The position numbers and the translations under genes were made by a program. Positions 13,462 to 26,806 of a stretch of 64,000 bases of DNA are shown here, one piece after another. Numbering within the stretch: the stretch's first letter is position 1; the number at the start of each line of letters is the position of its first letter. This DNA comes from Schmidtea nova (Eukaryota), in assembly GCA_044892505.1 (NCBI GenBank), contig CM097883.1, positions 419,368,001 through 419,432,000 on the forward strand, in the 5' to 3' direction. The notes under the pieces were generated by a model. That model was not told the DNA's origin. It worked only from the letters and a program-made list of their open reading frames with translations, and ran no database searches.

Positions 13462-15107
13462 CTATTTAATAACTAGTTTGTTTGAAGTTAAATCGATAAC
13501 AATTGGGGTTTTTGGGAAATCGTTCATGTCGGTCCCAATTGAACATGTGGCCTTCTGCTCTGTTTCCCATTGCTGGTAAGTGATCTGCCGGATTTGTGCT
13601 CTATATTTTTTCAATAAATGACTAGGTAACGGAATGGAGGCACTTCCGCAACTATATTTTCGTCGCTTCGAATTCAACCTTGATTTCTTCCACTGCGCGT
13701 TGGGCGCGCTCGGTACAGGTCATCTGATCTTTCATGCGCGCAGGGGTGAACCAATTCTGCCACAAGTATTGGGTTTGCGCCTCCATTCGGGCCACCTGTG
13801 TCTTTATATGCTGGATTTCTTTTTCCAGGCTTGCTCTAATTCTCAAGGCCTTCTCATGTTCCACCTGGTAGTCGCTCTACTTGCTCATGCTGAAGAGAAT
13901 TATCAATAATACCTTGTAACTCTAACGTTCAAACTAAATCTCAGGGTTCTTACGCCAAACCGAACTAAAATTTTGGTTACTGTCATTAAATCTTAATACG
14001 GAGGTTTTCAACACACCGTAAGACAAACAAAATTTAACTCCATCAAATCAACGAAATAATTTATTTATAATTTCGATCACAACCTAATCAAACACTAGTT
14101 CCTTGTTTTTAGCGAACACCTGCCGAATGTACAAACCTTTGAGAAGGGGCTTGCTCTTTAGCTAGGATATTGAGAATTTTGGTAGTCTGTATTCTTGCGA
14201 TTTTCGTATCGGCCGGGTTGACATGGCCATCGTAAGGCTTAGTTCCAGAAATTTCGACGGGGGAATGTATCCCCAGTTCAACTCCTCGATGCCGTTTTTT
14301 CTCCTCTTTGATCACAATGATCAATCGGACGTATTTCTCCGAATATGATTGATCAGCTAAGATTGGCCGCCACGGTACAGCACCTCGTCATGTTCGGTCC
14401 TCCAGACGGAGAACGGAAATTTTGAGTTGAAGGCACGACGCCACTTGAACATTTGAGCGTTGATTGTGGAGCGTTGATATTGGAATCCCGTACGTGCAAT
14501 ATCGAAAAGTCTCCTAAACACGGGGTATGAAATCTCCTATGTGCAACCTCATTAGAAATAAATGGTTAAAAAACGTTCTCATCATAACTAAGAATAAAAC
14601 CCAAACTCGCAATCTCATGTAGCTAAAAAGTCCCACGTAGACGGCTTGAGCCCTCGCAGCGTGAGCTATTAAGCAAGCTTTTTCTATACGATTATTAAAA
14701 ATTCATAAAAATAAAACGCATATAAAATGAGTAAAATATATATTAACGAAATTAATTAACAAATCATAGACAAACAAAACAATCAAAATTTATTTATTAG
14801 TTTTCCCAAGGTTTCCCAATAAAATTACACCGAATAGGTAAGGTTCAAGATCTGTTAATTCGACTTGAAACTAAATCGCATTATTTTTCAATTCTGCCAA
14901 TAATGATTTTAGGGTTGGTATTTATACTGATCGCGCTGGTTGGGTTGACTAATCAGGATCAGGCCACCCTTCAACGTAGGTCTTCATTATCTTTAATCAT
15001 TTTAATTAGTTTTGTCAACAGGTTTCAATTTTCTACCTCTGTGGACCAAATTTCAGTTAATGAAATAATAAAAAGTACTTTTATTTATTAATTTTCTTAT
15101 TATTTCA
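13462..15107 (-). mobile_element. LTR element of novel-ORF family, copy A (LTR 15107-14618, pseudogenised ORF-A ~14500-14107 and ORF-B 13888-13462)
   Basis: LTR runs TGAAATAA...GCTACA with a TATA box (minus tataaata, 14926-14919). Both ORFs are homologous to 30263-31500 but carry stops and frameshifts. Confidence 0.7.
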
Positions 15108-15399
15108 TTTTTTGATTTTAGATTTTCTCCTCTACGGACCTCTCAATGTTCCTGGCTATTTGTACAAAATGGTTAATTTATTTCCCTTCCTATTTAATCA
15201 TATTATTTATTTAATTTAGTTGTTTGTCGGATTTTTATGATTGATTTTATTAATGTTTTTATATTTTGTTTTAATTCATTCTCTTATTTCTACCGTTTCA
15301 GCCAGTTTAGTGGGCCCAGCACACCTTTGATATTTTTTTAATATTAATATCAATAATTCCCATAATGGTAAGATTATAGATCAAAATAAGATAAGGTAG

Positions 15400-15959
15400 C
15401 AGCTATAGAGTACGTGGGTGGCAAAAAATGTAGAAAAAATATTATCTGAAGTACCACAAATTTGACGAACTATAAAAGGAAGAAGCAATAACAGACAAGA
15501 GAAAATATATGGTGTGAGATTCAAAAAGGAAATCTGTGTAGAAAATCGAAATTGGGAAGAATCAAAGTGTATTATTAGTGAACATAGATCAAAGAAAAAT
15601 TTGAGAAGATTGTAATGAATTTAGTGAACCTAGAAAATAATTGAATAAGAGTCGAAGTTTATTAAGACAATTTCTAAGTCAAAACAAGAAAACAATTAGT
15701 CAATTTCCCACCGTTGAATCTAAATCAGAATCTAGTGATCGTTAGACGGAGATATCGTACACGAGCACTATTCCTCATTGAGTGTCATAATAAGCACAGT
15801 ATAATTATCTGTTGTATTATTTAATTGATCTTACCAGTTTAATTTGTGAAACCAGCTGTGATATCAATAAAGGTTCCTATTATTAATTGTTTTTTTGTTG
15901 ATCAAATAAACACGCTTGGAGTCAGACAATTAATTGGTAAATTCTGAATTTCACCAACA
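15400..15959 (+). repeat. LTR-like repeat family 'B', copy
   Basis: Shares tagtg.t.gttaga.ggatat..tacacga, ccagttgtgatatcaataa, ttggagt and a terminal caccaac with 19150-19902, 36970-38160, 60725-61450 (minus) and 24340-25085 (minus, partial). Confidence 0.7.
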
Positions 15960-16799
15960 GCCAAAAGTCTAAGACTTTTATCTCAGAAAATATTTTTTCA
16001 TAGTCCTTCGTTTGGTTGGATATTTGTTTTGAAAATATTTACATGATATTTAAAAGAATTAATTTCTTTGAACAAATTGAACAAATCCCAAAGGAAAACA
16101 ATAATTTGATGTAGTGACGGCACGATTCCAACTTTCACAGAATGTTAAATTACAATTTATTTGAAATATAAATATTTATATTTCTTCAAAATATAGAAAT
16201 TTTATTAATTATGTGTTCTCTCATTATTTTTAATGACAAATTAGTTTTTTATTTATATATTCATTTTAATTGGTATTTATGGTCTATTTTCCATATTAAA
16301 TGATTTTACAAGCGTTCCAAAGTGATTTAAGAAGACAGCAAGAACATAAATAATGTTAATAATCACTAATTATTTACTGGGTCTTTGCAAGAGTTTAATA
16401 TTTTTCATCTAGCCGCTCAATGAAAATATACTTTCTAAATCAACAATTTGGTTTTTGTTAGCTAGTACTAAGGGCCGGTCATAGAATTTGTGGAGCTATA
16501 TGCGCGAAAAAATGCTAACCGAAAATACATTTTTTCAAATTTTCAAATAGTTATTAAAATAAATTGACAAAAATTAGTAATAAAAGTAACAAAAACAATT
16601 TGTCTTTAAAAATTTATAATTATTTTTAAAAATACAATATTATTAAAAATAAAAACATAAAAGCATTAGATCGAAAATAATAGCGAAAAGAAATTCACAA
16701 AAACCAAAAGAAATAATAAATAATATTAACCTTGAAGAAGTTCGGACCACGGGGCTGTGTACGATGCATTTTTATAAATTTTAATCAATTAATTTTTTA

Positions 16800-17395
16800 A
16801 AATGATATCTGCTAAACTTTTAGGGGCCCTGTGCAGACATTAAAAATTTTTTTTTAATTTATTGGATTCATTTTTTTAATTTTAATTAAAAAAATAATAC
16901 AGAGAAATTATAAAGCAATTTTTCTAGCTCTTTTGCTTGTAAATTCATTAATTATGTCATTGTAAACAATTGTTCTGGCTGTTGCATTTTCAATCTACAG
17001 TTATGCTAATCCATAAAGTATTTCCACTGACATTGTAGACAGGAGATAATTTTCAATTAATTTTAGTTTTGAAAACAATCGTTTACAATGAACAACGGTA
17101 AAATAAAACGTATTTCTGTTGATAACTTTGAAATTATAGTACTTTTCACTAATAAGACGCTCTTAAAAAGACAGACGAAAACAATTTGAAGAAAAACAAC
17201 AACTGAATTATTAGGTAGTCAACTTGACTGGTTTGAAAGTTAAACGAATTTTGGATTTTCATCTTTTTTTTCTTTTAATTCCTATTATTTTTTTACTATT
17301 GGAGAAGATTTTCTAATGTATTTATTATTTGGGGCCCCTCAAAAATAGGGGAACCAGTAAGATTGCATTTGCGATAGTACAACGCTGCTGCTAAC
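16800..17395. mobile_element. ~600 bp non-autonomous hAT-like element (inverted copy at 40590-41210)
   Basis: 17130-17395 is the reverse complement of 40590-40870 (tactaataagac, gaaagttaaacgaattttgga, ggggcccct). 16800-16850 matches 41160-41210. Confidence 0.6.
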
Positions 17396-17672
17396 CTTAA
17401 AACTTACATTTTTAAATTTAAATTATTAAACGACTTAAAAGATTTTTAAATTGACTTTTTGCTTATTTCCCCCGAATATCTATCAAATTTTATTCACAAA
17501 TTTTATACAATTTAATAGTAAGCCACAAAAATAGCCAAAAGCAATAAATTCTCATTTTATTCATTTTAACAAATGCTGTGTAATTTATACTTTGACGGTA
17601 TTTAATAAAATAATTAACAATTAATATCATTCTATTTTTAGTAACATTTTAGTATTGATTGATTTCTATTAG

Positions 17673-17703
17673 CCAATCAGCTCATTGCTATTATTTCCAA
17701 GAA
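17673..17703 (+). promoter_or_regulatory. CCAAT box plus TTCCAAGAA upstream of paralog B
   Basis: ccaat at 17673-17677 and ttccaagaa at 17695-17703; ATG at 17724. Confidence 0.5.
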
Positions 17704-17723
17704 TCAACTTTAAATTTTAAAAA

Positions 17724-17843
17724 ATGTTATCAGGTAATACGGATAATATCGACTGTAATTTGAATCATATGCAAGAAACGTTTCAAAAATTGGATTTATC
17801 AAAACAATTGCCGATATATTCCGTCAAAGATGACATTGTAAAT
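17724..17843 (+). CDS. DHX8-like: DEAH helicase paralog B, exon 1 of 3
   Basis: MLSGNTDNIDCNLNHMQETFQKLDLSKQLPIYSVKDDIVN|gttagt. LPIY..K motif, phase 0. Confidence 0.88.
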
Positions 17844-17948
17844 GTTAGTTTTTACATCGCAATTTTCGTAAATTTTGTATTTCAATAAATCAAATTATTA
17901 TTTTTTAATTAATAAATAATATGTAATAAATTATATAATAGTATATAC

Positions 17949-18255
17949 CAGGGATGCTCAAAGCTTTATGTATGGGGAGACATATTTGAAAATCGTAAAA
18001 CACTGTAAAGCCGCAAGTTTTTCAATGTAAACTTAAATTTAGATTTATATTTATTACCATAATTAATTAATTACTAAACGCATTTTTAAAAAAATATTTA
18101 TTTTAAATTATTTATGAAAAATATATGTTTACTTACATTAATAAAGGAGTTGTGAAAAAAATTCTTTCTCGTTTACATGTTAAAATTTTAGTTAAAACTT
18201 ACTAAACTATTGACCCACAAAAAATTGTCAAAAAGCCGCAGTTTGAGAATGTCTG
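17949..18255. mobile_element. hAT (Charlie/Buster-type) MITE
   Basis: Imperfect TIRs cagggatgctcaaa / tttgagaatgtctg. 8-bp TSD gtatatac / gtatataa. Confidence 0.65.
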
Positions 18256-19149
18256 GTATATAATAACGTATAATAATAAAATTTACCAGTATATAAAATA
18301 ATTTACAACGGTAATCCCTTTACCTCAATTTTTATTCATTGAAATATTTTTTACCTGAATTCTTTCCGATAGACTTGTCACTCCATTCTGGTTTTCTTTC
18401 TTTCACTGTTCACTTGATCATCACAGCCCTAATCGGAGTACATTTGAACCCCTGAATTTTTGTTATTTTAACCATTGTTAGTATATTGTGTCATTGGTTG
18501 CCACGGAATTTTTATCCGATAATGGAAATATCCAAGTTCAAATCAACAGATCAACAATATATAACAAAATCAATAGAATTTTATTTTATCAATTATAAAA
18601 GTTTGGAGTGAATTTGTTCCCCATACCGGTTCTCGGTCCCATTTTCAAGGTTTCGATACTCGAGAGTTAAATATAAAAATTACAACTTCTTCAAGTCTTT
18701 TTAAAATTTTTAACGTCTTCATTTCTTTTTGTTAGATATTTTAATCTTTTAATTGCTTGTTAAATGTTTTATTTATTTTTAATTTTTCTAGTCACTAGGT
18801 CAAAAATTCAGTTTTGATTTAGTCTGACAAAAATTAAAATAAACGAAATCGTGAAAATATTAAAAATGGTGTGGGTTATTAATTCAAGCAAGTTTCAATT
18901 GTAATTTTTTAATATCTTATTGTATCGCGGCGGTCTCTTTACTGCCAACTATTGTTTATTTTATGTCTAATTAATTTCCTGTATTACTTTTTATCTTTCA
19001 CGGAAATAGTTAATTTTTGTTAAGTTTACTGGAGCCCTTACCCAAGATCTAGTAAGGTGGTCCAATCAATGTATATGTATACCTAAATAGTAAATAATAT
19101 TATAAATAAATGGACTAACTTTTGGGGAAATCAATAGGGTGATTGACAT

Positions 19150-19902
19150 ATCCTTCTGGAACCTGGAGAAGAAAACTGAAAAGCAAAATATTGAGAAATG
19201 AGAAGATTGCAGCGAAATAAAAAAATCGAAAAATTAGTCAGAAAAGGTCATTCCTTAATTAATAAATGCAGAAAAACAAAAACGAAAACAAAATCGGCAT
19301 CTCGACAGGTGTCAGAGATAACACGGGAACTGAAAAAAACTTTTGGAAAATGCCACAGGCAAAAATGGAAAAAAACAAATTATCGCGAGTGTCGAGATGT
19401 TATGGGCAACACGGGAGCTGAAAAGAAAACGGGAAATGCCAGAGGCAGGAATAGGAAAAAACGAATTATCATGAGTGCCAGAGAATGGCGAACTATAAAA
19501 TGGAAAGACATCAGTTTTATGACAGAAGTTTTGTGTCAAGAATTTGTGAGAAAACTTATTGAGAAATTTATTGAGAAACCTGTCGAGAGAAATTTTTTGA
19601 GAAAAGTTTGTTGAGCCGAACTTCAAGTCCAAACAAAGAAAGCAATTAGTAGGTTACCCATTGTTAAATCTAAAACAGTAGCTAGTGGTTGGTAGACGGA
19701 TATTATACACGAGTGCTATTCTTCACATAAGTGTCGTACTAAGCACTGTATAATTGTCTCATAGTATTGATTGATTGTACCAGTTTATTTTTCAAACCAG
19801 TTGTGATATCAATAACGATTCCCGTTGTAATTGTTATTCTATTGATTAATAAATCAGGCATTTGGAGTAAGAAATTTGATTGGTAACTTTCAATAACCCA
19901 AC
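19150..19902 (+). repeat. LTR-like repeat family 'B', copy (3' end hit by hAT)
   Basis: gagaaatttattgagaaa subrepeats plus the conserved family 3' block. Homologous to 36970-38160 and 60725-61450. Confidence 0.75.
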
Positions 19903-21480
19903 CAGGGCCGGATCTATGGGTGGAGCGAGGGAGCGACCGCACCAGGCGCCAGAATCACACTGAAAAAAAGGCGCCTTTTCGATCAAATTGAAGAATAATT
20001 ATTCTCAACAAAACTATCATACTGACTGTTATTATAACACGTATTTCGACATAATAATCTATATTTTGATAAATTTGCATTTTTGAGCGCTTTTCCTCTA
20101 TATATATATATTATTACAATAATGTTAAATTTTTATTGAACAAAATTCAAATTTTTCACATTGCTTTGAAACTGTCTCTTTATTGGCGAAAAATCAAATT
20201 TAGACTTTTTAACAGAAATTTCGAATTTATTCATAGTAAGCGTTGCTTTACAAAAATATTGGAAAAACCAAATAATATTTTCATTTTGTTCTTAATCTGA
20301 TCTGATTTGGATTTCTGCCGTAACACCTCTTAGGTTTCAACTTGAGTCTATTTTGATGCTCTAATCAACATACATTTAGATGAAAACCGTGATAGCCAAA
20401 CAAAATGCGAAGCCCAGGCACTAGCAAAACATATATCTTGTTTCAAATTTATTTGCAGCCTGGTTTTATGGTACGATATTTTATCGAAAATAAATATTAT
20501 TTCAAAAATAATGCAAAACCCGAAAGAAAATTTATTGGCATGTAATAGGTCTTTAAAAGTAGCTTTAGATTTTTTACGTGATTATCGATCAGATGAAAAT
20601 TTCCTGAAAGTTATTGATGAAGCAAAAAAAATAGCTGAAACAATGGAAATTGAAGGACGCTTTCCAAATGTTCCAATTGTTCAAATACGTAGTAAAAATA
20701 AACAATTTGAATACGAATCTGCAGATGATCCTATTTTAGATCCGCAACTTAACTACAAAATAAATTTTTTTAATTTCATTCTTGACACTGCCATTACATC
20801 TATTAACGAGAGGTTTGAACAAATGGAAAAACATACTGAATATTACGAATTTTTATATAATATTTATGAACTGAAATATAAAGATAAATCGGAAATATTA
20901 AAATATTGCAAGGATTTACAGTTAATATTAACTGATGGTGAAAATACAGATATTGATGGTATTGAAATTTGCGAAGAAATTATAAATTTGGCTGCACTAT
21001 TGCCATCTAATATGTACCCAATAGAAATACTTAATTATTTAGCCAAGAATAATATGACTACTATATTTCCGAATTTATGCGTTTCTTTAAGGATCTTGCT
21101 AACTTTACCTGTATCGGTTGCTTCTGGCAAACGTAGTTTCTCTAAATTGAAAATAATTAAAAATTATTTAAGATCATCAATGGGACAAGAAAGGTTAGTA
21201 GGTTTGTCTTTGATGTCCATTGAAAGCGCCATCGCAGAGTCTTTGGATTATGATGTCTTAATAAAAGATTTTGCAGAAATTAAAGTCCGCAGGGTACCAT
21301 TAATTAATTAAATCATTTATTTTTTGTACTGTACAATAATCTAAAAATATATAAATAGTTCATTAGAAAGTGTATGTTTTTATTTAAATCTGCAGCTATT
21401 TCATCAAATTTGACTTTAACAATATAGGCGCCTTTTCAAGAAGTTTGCTCCAGGCGCCAAAATAGTACCATCCGGCTCTG
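19903..21480 (+). mobile_element. Internally deleted hAT (Tip100/ZMYM1-like) transposon, copy 1
   Basis: TIRs cagggccggat / atccggctctg. Perfect 8-bp TSD aacccaac at 19895-19902 and 21481-21488. Confidence 0.95.
20320..21311 (+). pseudogene. hAT transposase C-terminal remnant (hATC dimerisation domain)
   Basis: FPNLCVSLRILLTLPVSVASGKRSFSKLKIIKNYLRSSMGQERL. The N-terminal and catalytic regions are absent, and there is a 1-bp deletion near 20354 relative to copy 2. Confidence 0.9.
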
Positions 21481-21851
21481 AACCCAACGTATAGATAAAA
21501 ATAAATATATATAATGCCGTTTAATATGTAATAGCGAACATCTACTGTCGTTCTAAAATTCGAGTTTACAAATTTTTGTTTGCAGTTCCCTTCTAGAGAA
21601 GGGTTTAAAATATATAAATTAAAAAATATCATGACTGAACAAATAAAGATAAACAACCAAAAAATTTTATTAAACATAGAATAGATTGTTGCTGGATGCT
21701 GCATTTCATTAACATGTTTGAACTCCATCTTCTCTTGCGTTTTCTTTTTATCTACTTGAATGTGCATTTTCTTTTTATCTAGTGTTGCTTGCATTTATTT
21801 AAATTCAAATTCTGAAAGTCTCCCTTGTTATTAAAACAACTGTTTATAAAA

Positions 21852-21934
21852 TGTAGATATTTTTAATTTAATTATATATATTATATAATATTTTTAATTT
21901 AATTATATATAAGTTATACATCTTAAAATTATTT

Positions 21935-21965
<31 letters not shown>

Positions 21966-24164
21966 GACGAAGGCACTATAATAGCCCCCGCCGAAGTACG
22001 CGGAGCGTATGGGAAATTGGAAACGGTATTCAAGGGTCAGAGTAAAAAAAACTTGGAAGGCGAAACTCAATTGTTCTTGTACCGGAGAGAAGTTTGGGTG
22101 TACCTTTCGCGGCTAGGGTGGGTGATGAGCAAGATGTGTCTCCAATGAAGACGGTAGGTAGTATTGAGTAAGACGAGTTTGTGTCCATCGTGACGATACG
22201 TGTTGGTGACAGCGATGACGGAAATGCGGTTTGTGGAGGCTGTGGTAGAATGTGTGTGTAGTCTGTGCGGGTTTCGTCGTCGGAAAAGGTTGGCGGTGCT
22301 TCTGGTATTGTTAGTGGTGTTTCTGACGGTGTTGTGAGTGTTACTGCTTGTAGTGATGCGGGTAATGTTCTGTGTGGTGTGCCGGGTAATGTCTTTGTTG
22401 GTGTTGTTGCTAATGTTGTGCAAGGTGTGCTGGTTGGTTCTTGTTCTAGTGTTGATGCTTGTATTGGTATTGGTGATGGTGTTGTGTGAGAAAATAGTAC
22501 TGTGGAGATGGGAGCAGTTGTTTCTGAGATGGTGTTTGTTGGCGCGGTTGATCGTATGTCCGTTGGACGTGGTTGGCTGTGAGAAAGAGAATTCACTGGC
22601 GGTAAGTCATCGGGGCGTCCAGGAATGTCCGATGACTGGGTTAGTATTTTGAAGGATGGACGTCACGTGTGAGCCAGGTGCATCCGTCGAGGCACGATCT
22701 GGCTTCATTCTTGTAGAGGCGATGGTGAATACACACTGGAATTATTGGATTCTGATGTGTAGGGAATTCGGACGTGCAACCGATGCAGCATTTCTGTGCA
22801 CGTTGTCTAAATCTATTGTGGTAAAAGAAAATTAGTTGTGCGCTCATATTGGGTTGTATGTTTTGTGTGCGTGTCGTTGGTTGGTGGTTGGGATGTTGTA
22901 CATTATGTGACGGGGATGTGATGTTGGGATATCTTTCAAATGTCCGAGGGAAAGGGTGGTGAGGTGTATGTGCTGCGTTAACGGTGGGTGGTAGTGGAGC
23001 TGCTGTGTAAATATCTGCGCGGGGTTTATGTGGTTGCAGTGCGTGAATGTGGTCATCGATCTTCGCGAGGTGATATGGATCTTCAGAGTCAACCAATGCC
23101 AGCGAAGTTTGTAGATGGTAGGGGAGTGCCGAAAGGAATTGGTGGGTCAATAGAGAAGAATCTTTAGAAAGACCAGGTACTGCCGCATCGTTTGAACGAA
23201 CTATCTCTCCCAAAAAGAGACTAGGTTGTTGGCCTGAGTAAATCTGTGGCGCCAAGAGTTTTTTTTAGAGCTTGGGTCTGTGATGAGGTATATTTGGATA
23301 CTATATATCTGAATAAGGAGCATCGGCTATTTTTGGGGCAAGCTCGGCTATCAACTCAGAGGGTAGGCTGTCGAGTAGGTAATCTGCACGTGATTTCGCG
23401 AAGGATGACGCGCGGGCTTCGAAAATGCGAAACCACGACGAAGGTGTACCGTCTTGGTCTAGAAAAAACAGAATGGAGCGGAATTCAGATGAGGAAGATG
23501 GCTCTGTTTGGATTCTACCGCCTCCTAGGATGCGACAATTGATGTCGAAGATTGAATTAGACTGCAGCTGGGTGGAAGAGGAGACTAAAGAACCATTGCA
23601 CGACACGTAGAATGAGGTCTTGTCAATGCGAAGCGATGTGGCAATGTATGTGTGTAGATCGGAAGTAACGGCGATTTCCCGTATTCTGTTATTAAAACGC
23701 TTGAGGATATAGGCTGAGTGTATCGGTGTGGTTTTGGCGAAAGAATGGTTATCGTGTGTTGGATCTAGGTTAGGTTTATGGGTGCTGTTTGTAGTTAAAG
23801 GGCGGAAGAGAGGCGGGATAGAGAATTCGGGAAGGGTATATTTAAATAATATAATATTTATCAAACATTATTTATTAAATAATATATATAAAATTATGGT
23901 AAATATGAATACAATTTTATTTATAGAATGATACTTATTGCCAAATCATCAGGATTGGTGAACCTATTGTAATTCGGCTGAGATATTTGATGTTGTTGTT
24001 GGAATGAGTGCATAACTTCGGGAAATTTTTTATAGGTATATATATATTATATAATATATATAATATATATTATATATTATATATATTATATAATATTTTT
24101 AATTTAATTATATATAAGTTATACATCTTAAAATTATTTAAAATATAAATATATATATACTACA
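21852..24164 (-). mobile_element. Short-LTR, gag-only Ty3/gypsy-like element with ubiquitin-like N-terminal domain
   Basis: Direct repeats 21852-21980 and ~24031-24164 with TGTAG/TATAG...CTACA-type ends. PPT-like ggcgggggc before the 3' LTR. 4-bp AAAA flanks. The internal region is GC-richer and encodes gag motifs. Confidence 0.7.
22030..23864 (-). pseudogene. Ubl-Gag polyprotein relic: Ubl(RILGG) - DUF7041-type capsid region - 2 CHCC-type knuckles - Thr/Pro-rich tail
   Basis: WFRIFEAR..YLLDSLPSEL, KKLLAP..QQPSLFL and FLSALPYHLQTSLA resemble gypsy DUF7041-type gag. Knuckles are FYHNRFRQRAQKCCIGC and CIHHRLYKNEARSCLDGC. Frameshifts lie near 23300, 23262 and 22645. Confidence 0.75.
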
Positions 24165-24339
24165 AAAATATTGGATTTATTTAAAATACAAAATCATAAG
24201 TATTTAATAAAAATATAAAAGAAAATAATTATAAAAAATAAATTCAGAAATTAATATTAAATTGGAAATTAAGCAATAATAAAGCAAAAATCTATAAATA
24301 AATTTAAAATATTATAATTATAAACTTTAGTTAAGTTGG

Positions 24340-25085
24340 GTTATTGGGTTGTTGGTGAATTATAAAATTATCAATTAATTCTCTGACTCCAAGCGTGCTT
24401 TAATTGACTAACAAAATAAAAATTTTCACACAATATAAATCTTTATTGATTATTGATTATCACAGTTGATTACACAATTTGCAATGATACGATCAATTCA
24501 ACACCAAAATAGACAAATATACAAAGTTTATTAAAACACTTGGTGAGGAATAGCCTTAATGTATAATACCTAGAATACAACCATCACTAACCACGGATTT
24601 AGATTCAATAATTGACAATCGATTTGGGTTGTTTTCGTGCTTTGACTTTATACTTTATTCAATATACTTTGAATCTTTTCTAATTCTCGTTTACTTTGTT
24701 CACTTTATCTTCTCAATACAAGTTCTCCAATAATGGTATTCTAATTTATCCAAGGTATTTTATTTTCTCTAATATAATTTTTTCTCCGACACAAATTGTC
24801 TTTTAAAATTTTCCCAGTCCAAACTTCTTATTCATCTACTGTGACTTTCCATTTTATAGCTCGTCATTTTCTGGCTCTCGAGATAAATTTTGTTTTTCCC
24901 GTTTTGCCTCCAGTATACTGCACATTTTTCCTAGCTCCCACATTATCTCTCACATCTGTCAAGATATGGCGTTTCTTCTCATTTTGCTATCTCGCTCTTT
25001 TCTCTTTATTCCTGATATCTCTGACAAGTTGTCACGATATAAATTTGTTTTTGTTTTTCAATTTTAGAATTCATTTCTTTTTTTG
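24340..25085 (-). repeat. LTR-like repeat family 'B', rearranged partial copy
   Basis: gttggtgaatt...tgactccaagcgtg..gatt.tcacagttg at 24350-24500 and gatatctctgacaagttgtcacg at ~25020 match the family in reverse. Confidence 0.55.
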
Positions 25086-25129
25086 TACTTGTTAGTTATT
25101 ATGTATATATATTATGTATATATGTTATT

Positions 25130-25166
25130 ATGTATATATGTATATATACTTGTTATGTATATATAC

Positions 25167-25229
<63 letters not shown>
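25130..25229. repeat. (TA)n-rich microsatellite, target of hAT copy 2
   Basis: TA run, which continues at 26811-26882 after the element. Confidence 0.9.
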
Positions 25230-25232
<3 letters not shown>

Positions 25233-26806
25233 GGCCGGATCTATGGGTGGAGCGAGGGAGCGACCGCACCAGGCGCCAGAATCACACTGAAAAAAAGGCG
25301 CCTTTTCGATCAAATTGAAGAATAATTATTCTCAACAAAACTATCATACTGACTGTTATTATAACACGTATTTCGACATAATAATCTATATTTTGATAAA
25401 TTTGCATTTTTGAGCGCTTTTCCTCTATATATATATATATTATTACAATAATGTTAAATTTTTATTGAACAAAATTCAAATTTTTCACATTGCTTTGAAA
25501 CTGTCTCTTTATTGGCGAAAAATCAAATTTAGACTTTTTAACAGAAATTTCGAATTTATTCATAGTAAGCGTTGCTTTACAAAAATATTGGAAAAACCAA
25601 ATAATATTTTCATTTTGTTCTTAATCTGATCTGATTTGGATTTCTGCCGTAACACCTCTTAGGTTTCAACTTGAGTCTATTTATGATGCTCTAATCAACA
25701 TACATTTAGATGAAAACCGTGATAGCCAAACAAAATGCGAAGCCCAGGCACTAGCAAAACATATATCTTGTTTCAAATTTATTTGCAGCCTGGTTTTATG
25801 GTACGATATTTTATCGAAAATAAATATTATTTCAAAAATAATGCAAAACCCGAAAGAAAATTTATTGGCATGTAATAGGTCTTTAAAAGTAGCTTTAGAT
25901 TTTTTACGTGATTATCGATCAGATGAAAATTTCCTGAAAGTTATTGATGAAGCAAAAAAAATAGCTGAAACAATGGAAATTGAAGGACGCTTTCCAAATG
26001 TTCCAATTGTTCGAATACGTAGTAAAAATAAACAATTTGAATACGAATCTGCAGATGATCCTATTTTAGATCCGCAACTTAACTACAAAATAAATTTTTT
26101 TAATTTCATTCTTGATACTGCCATTACATCTATTAACGAGAGGTTTGAACAAATGGAAAAACATACTGAATATTACGAATTTTTATATAATATTTATGAA
26201 CTGAAATATAAAGATAAATCGGAAATATTAAAATATTGCAAGGATTTACAGTTAATATTAACTGATGGTGAAAATACAGATATTGATGGTATTGAAATTT
26301 GCGAATAAATTATAAATTTGGCTGCACTATTGCCATCTAATATGTACCCAATAGAAATACTTAATTATTTAGCCAAGAATAATATGACTACTATATTTCC
26401 GAATTTATGCGTTTCTTTAAGGATCTTGCTAACTTTACCTGTATCGGTTGCTTCTGGCGAACGTAGTTTCTCTAAATTGAAAATAATTAAAAATTATTTA
26501 AGATCATCAATGGGACAAGAAAGGTTAGTAGGTTTGTCTTTGATGTCCATTGAAAGCGCCATCGCAGAGTCTTTGGATTATGATGTCTTAATAAAAGATT
26601 TTGCAGAAATTAAAGTCCGCAGGGTACCATTAATTAATTAAATCATTTATTTTTTGTACTGTACAATAATCTAAAAATATATAAATAGTTCATTAGAAAG
26701 TGTATGTTTTTATTTAAATCTGCAGCTATTTCATCAAATTTGACTTTAACAATATAGGCGCCTTTTCAAGAAGTTTGCTCCAGGCGCCAAAATAGTACCA
26801 TCCGGC

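Noticed and set aside
19198-19614. 138-aa Lys/Arg-rich ORF (and 61162-61587, 24796-25095)
   Set aside because: Lies in the LTR-like repeat family B. The frame is not preserved among copies, and it reflects A-rich composition.
21396-21794. 132-aa minus ORF
   Set aside because: Runs across the hAT right TIR/TSD junction, so it is a chimeric chance frame.
22067-22652. Several overlapping Val/Gly- or Thr/His-rich ORFs
   Set aside because: Alternative frames of the low-complexity gag tail.
25083-25325. IYIYIY ORFs (also 26746-27000, 33157-33363)
   Set aside because: Translations of (TA)n microsatellites.
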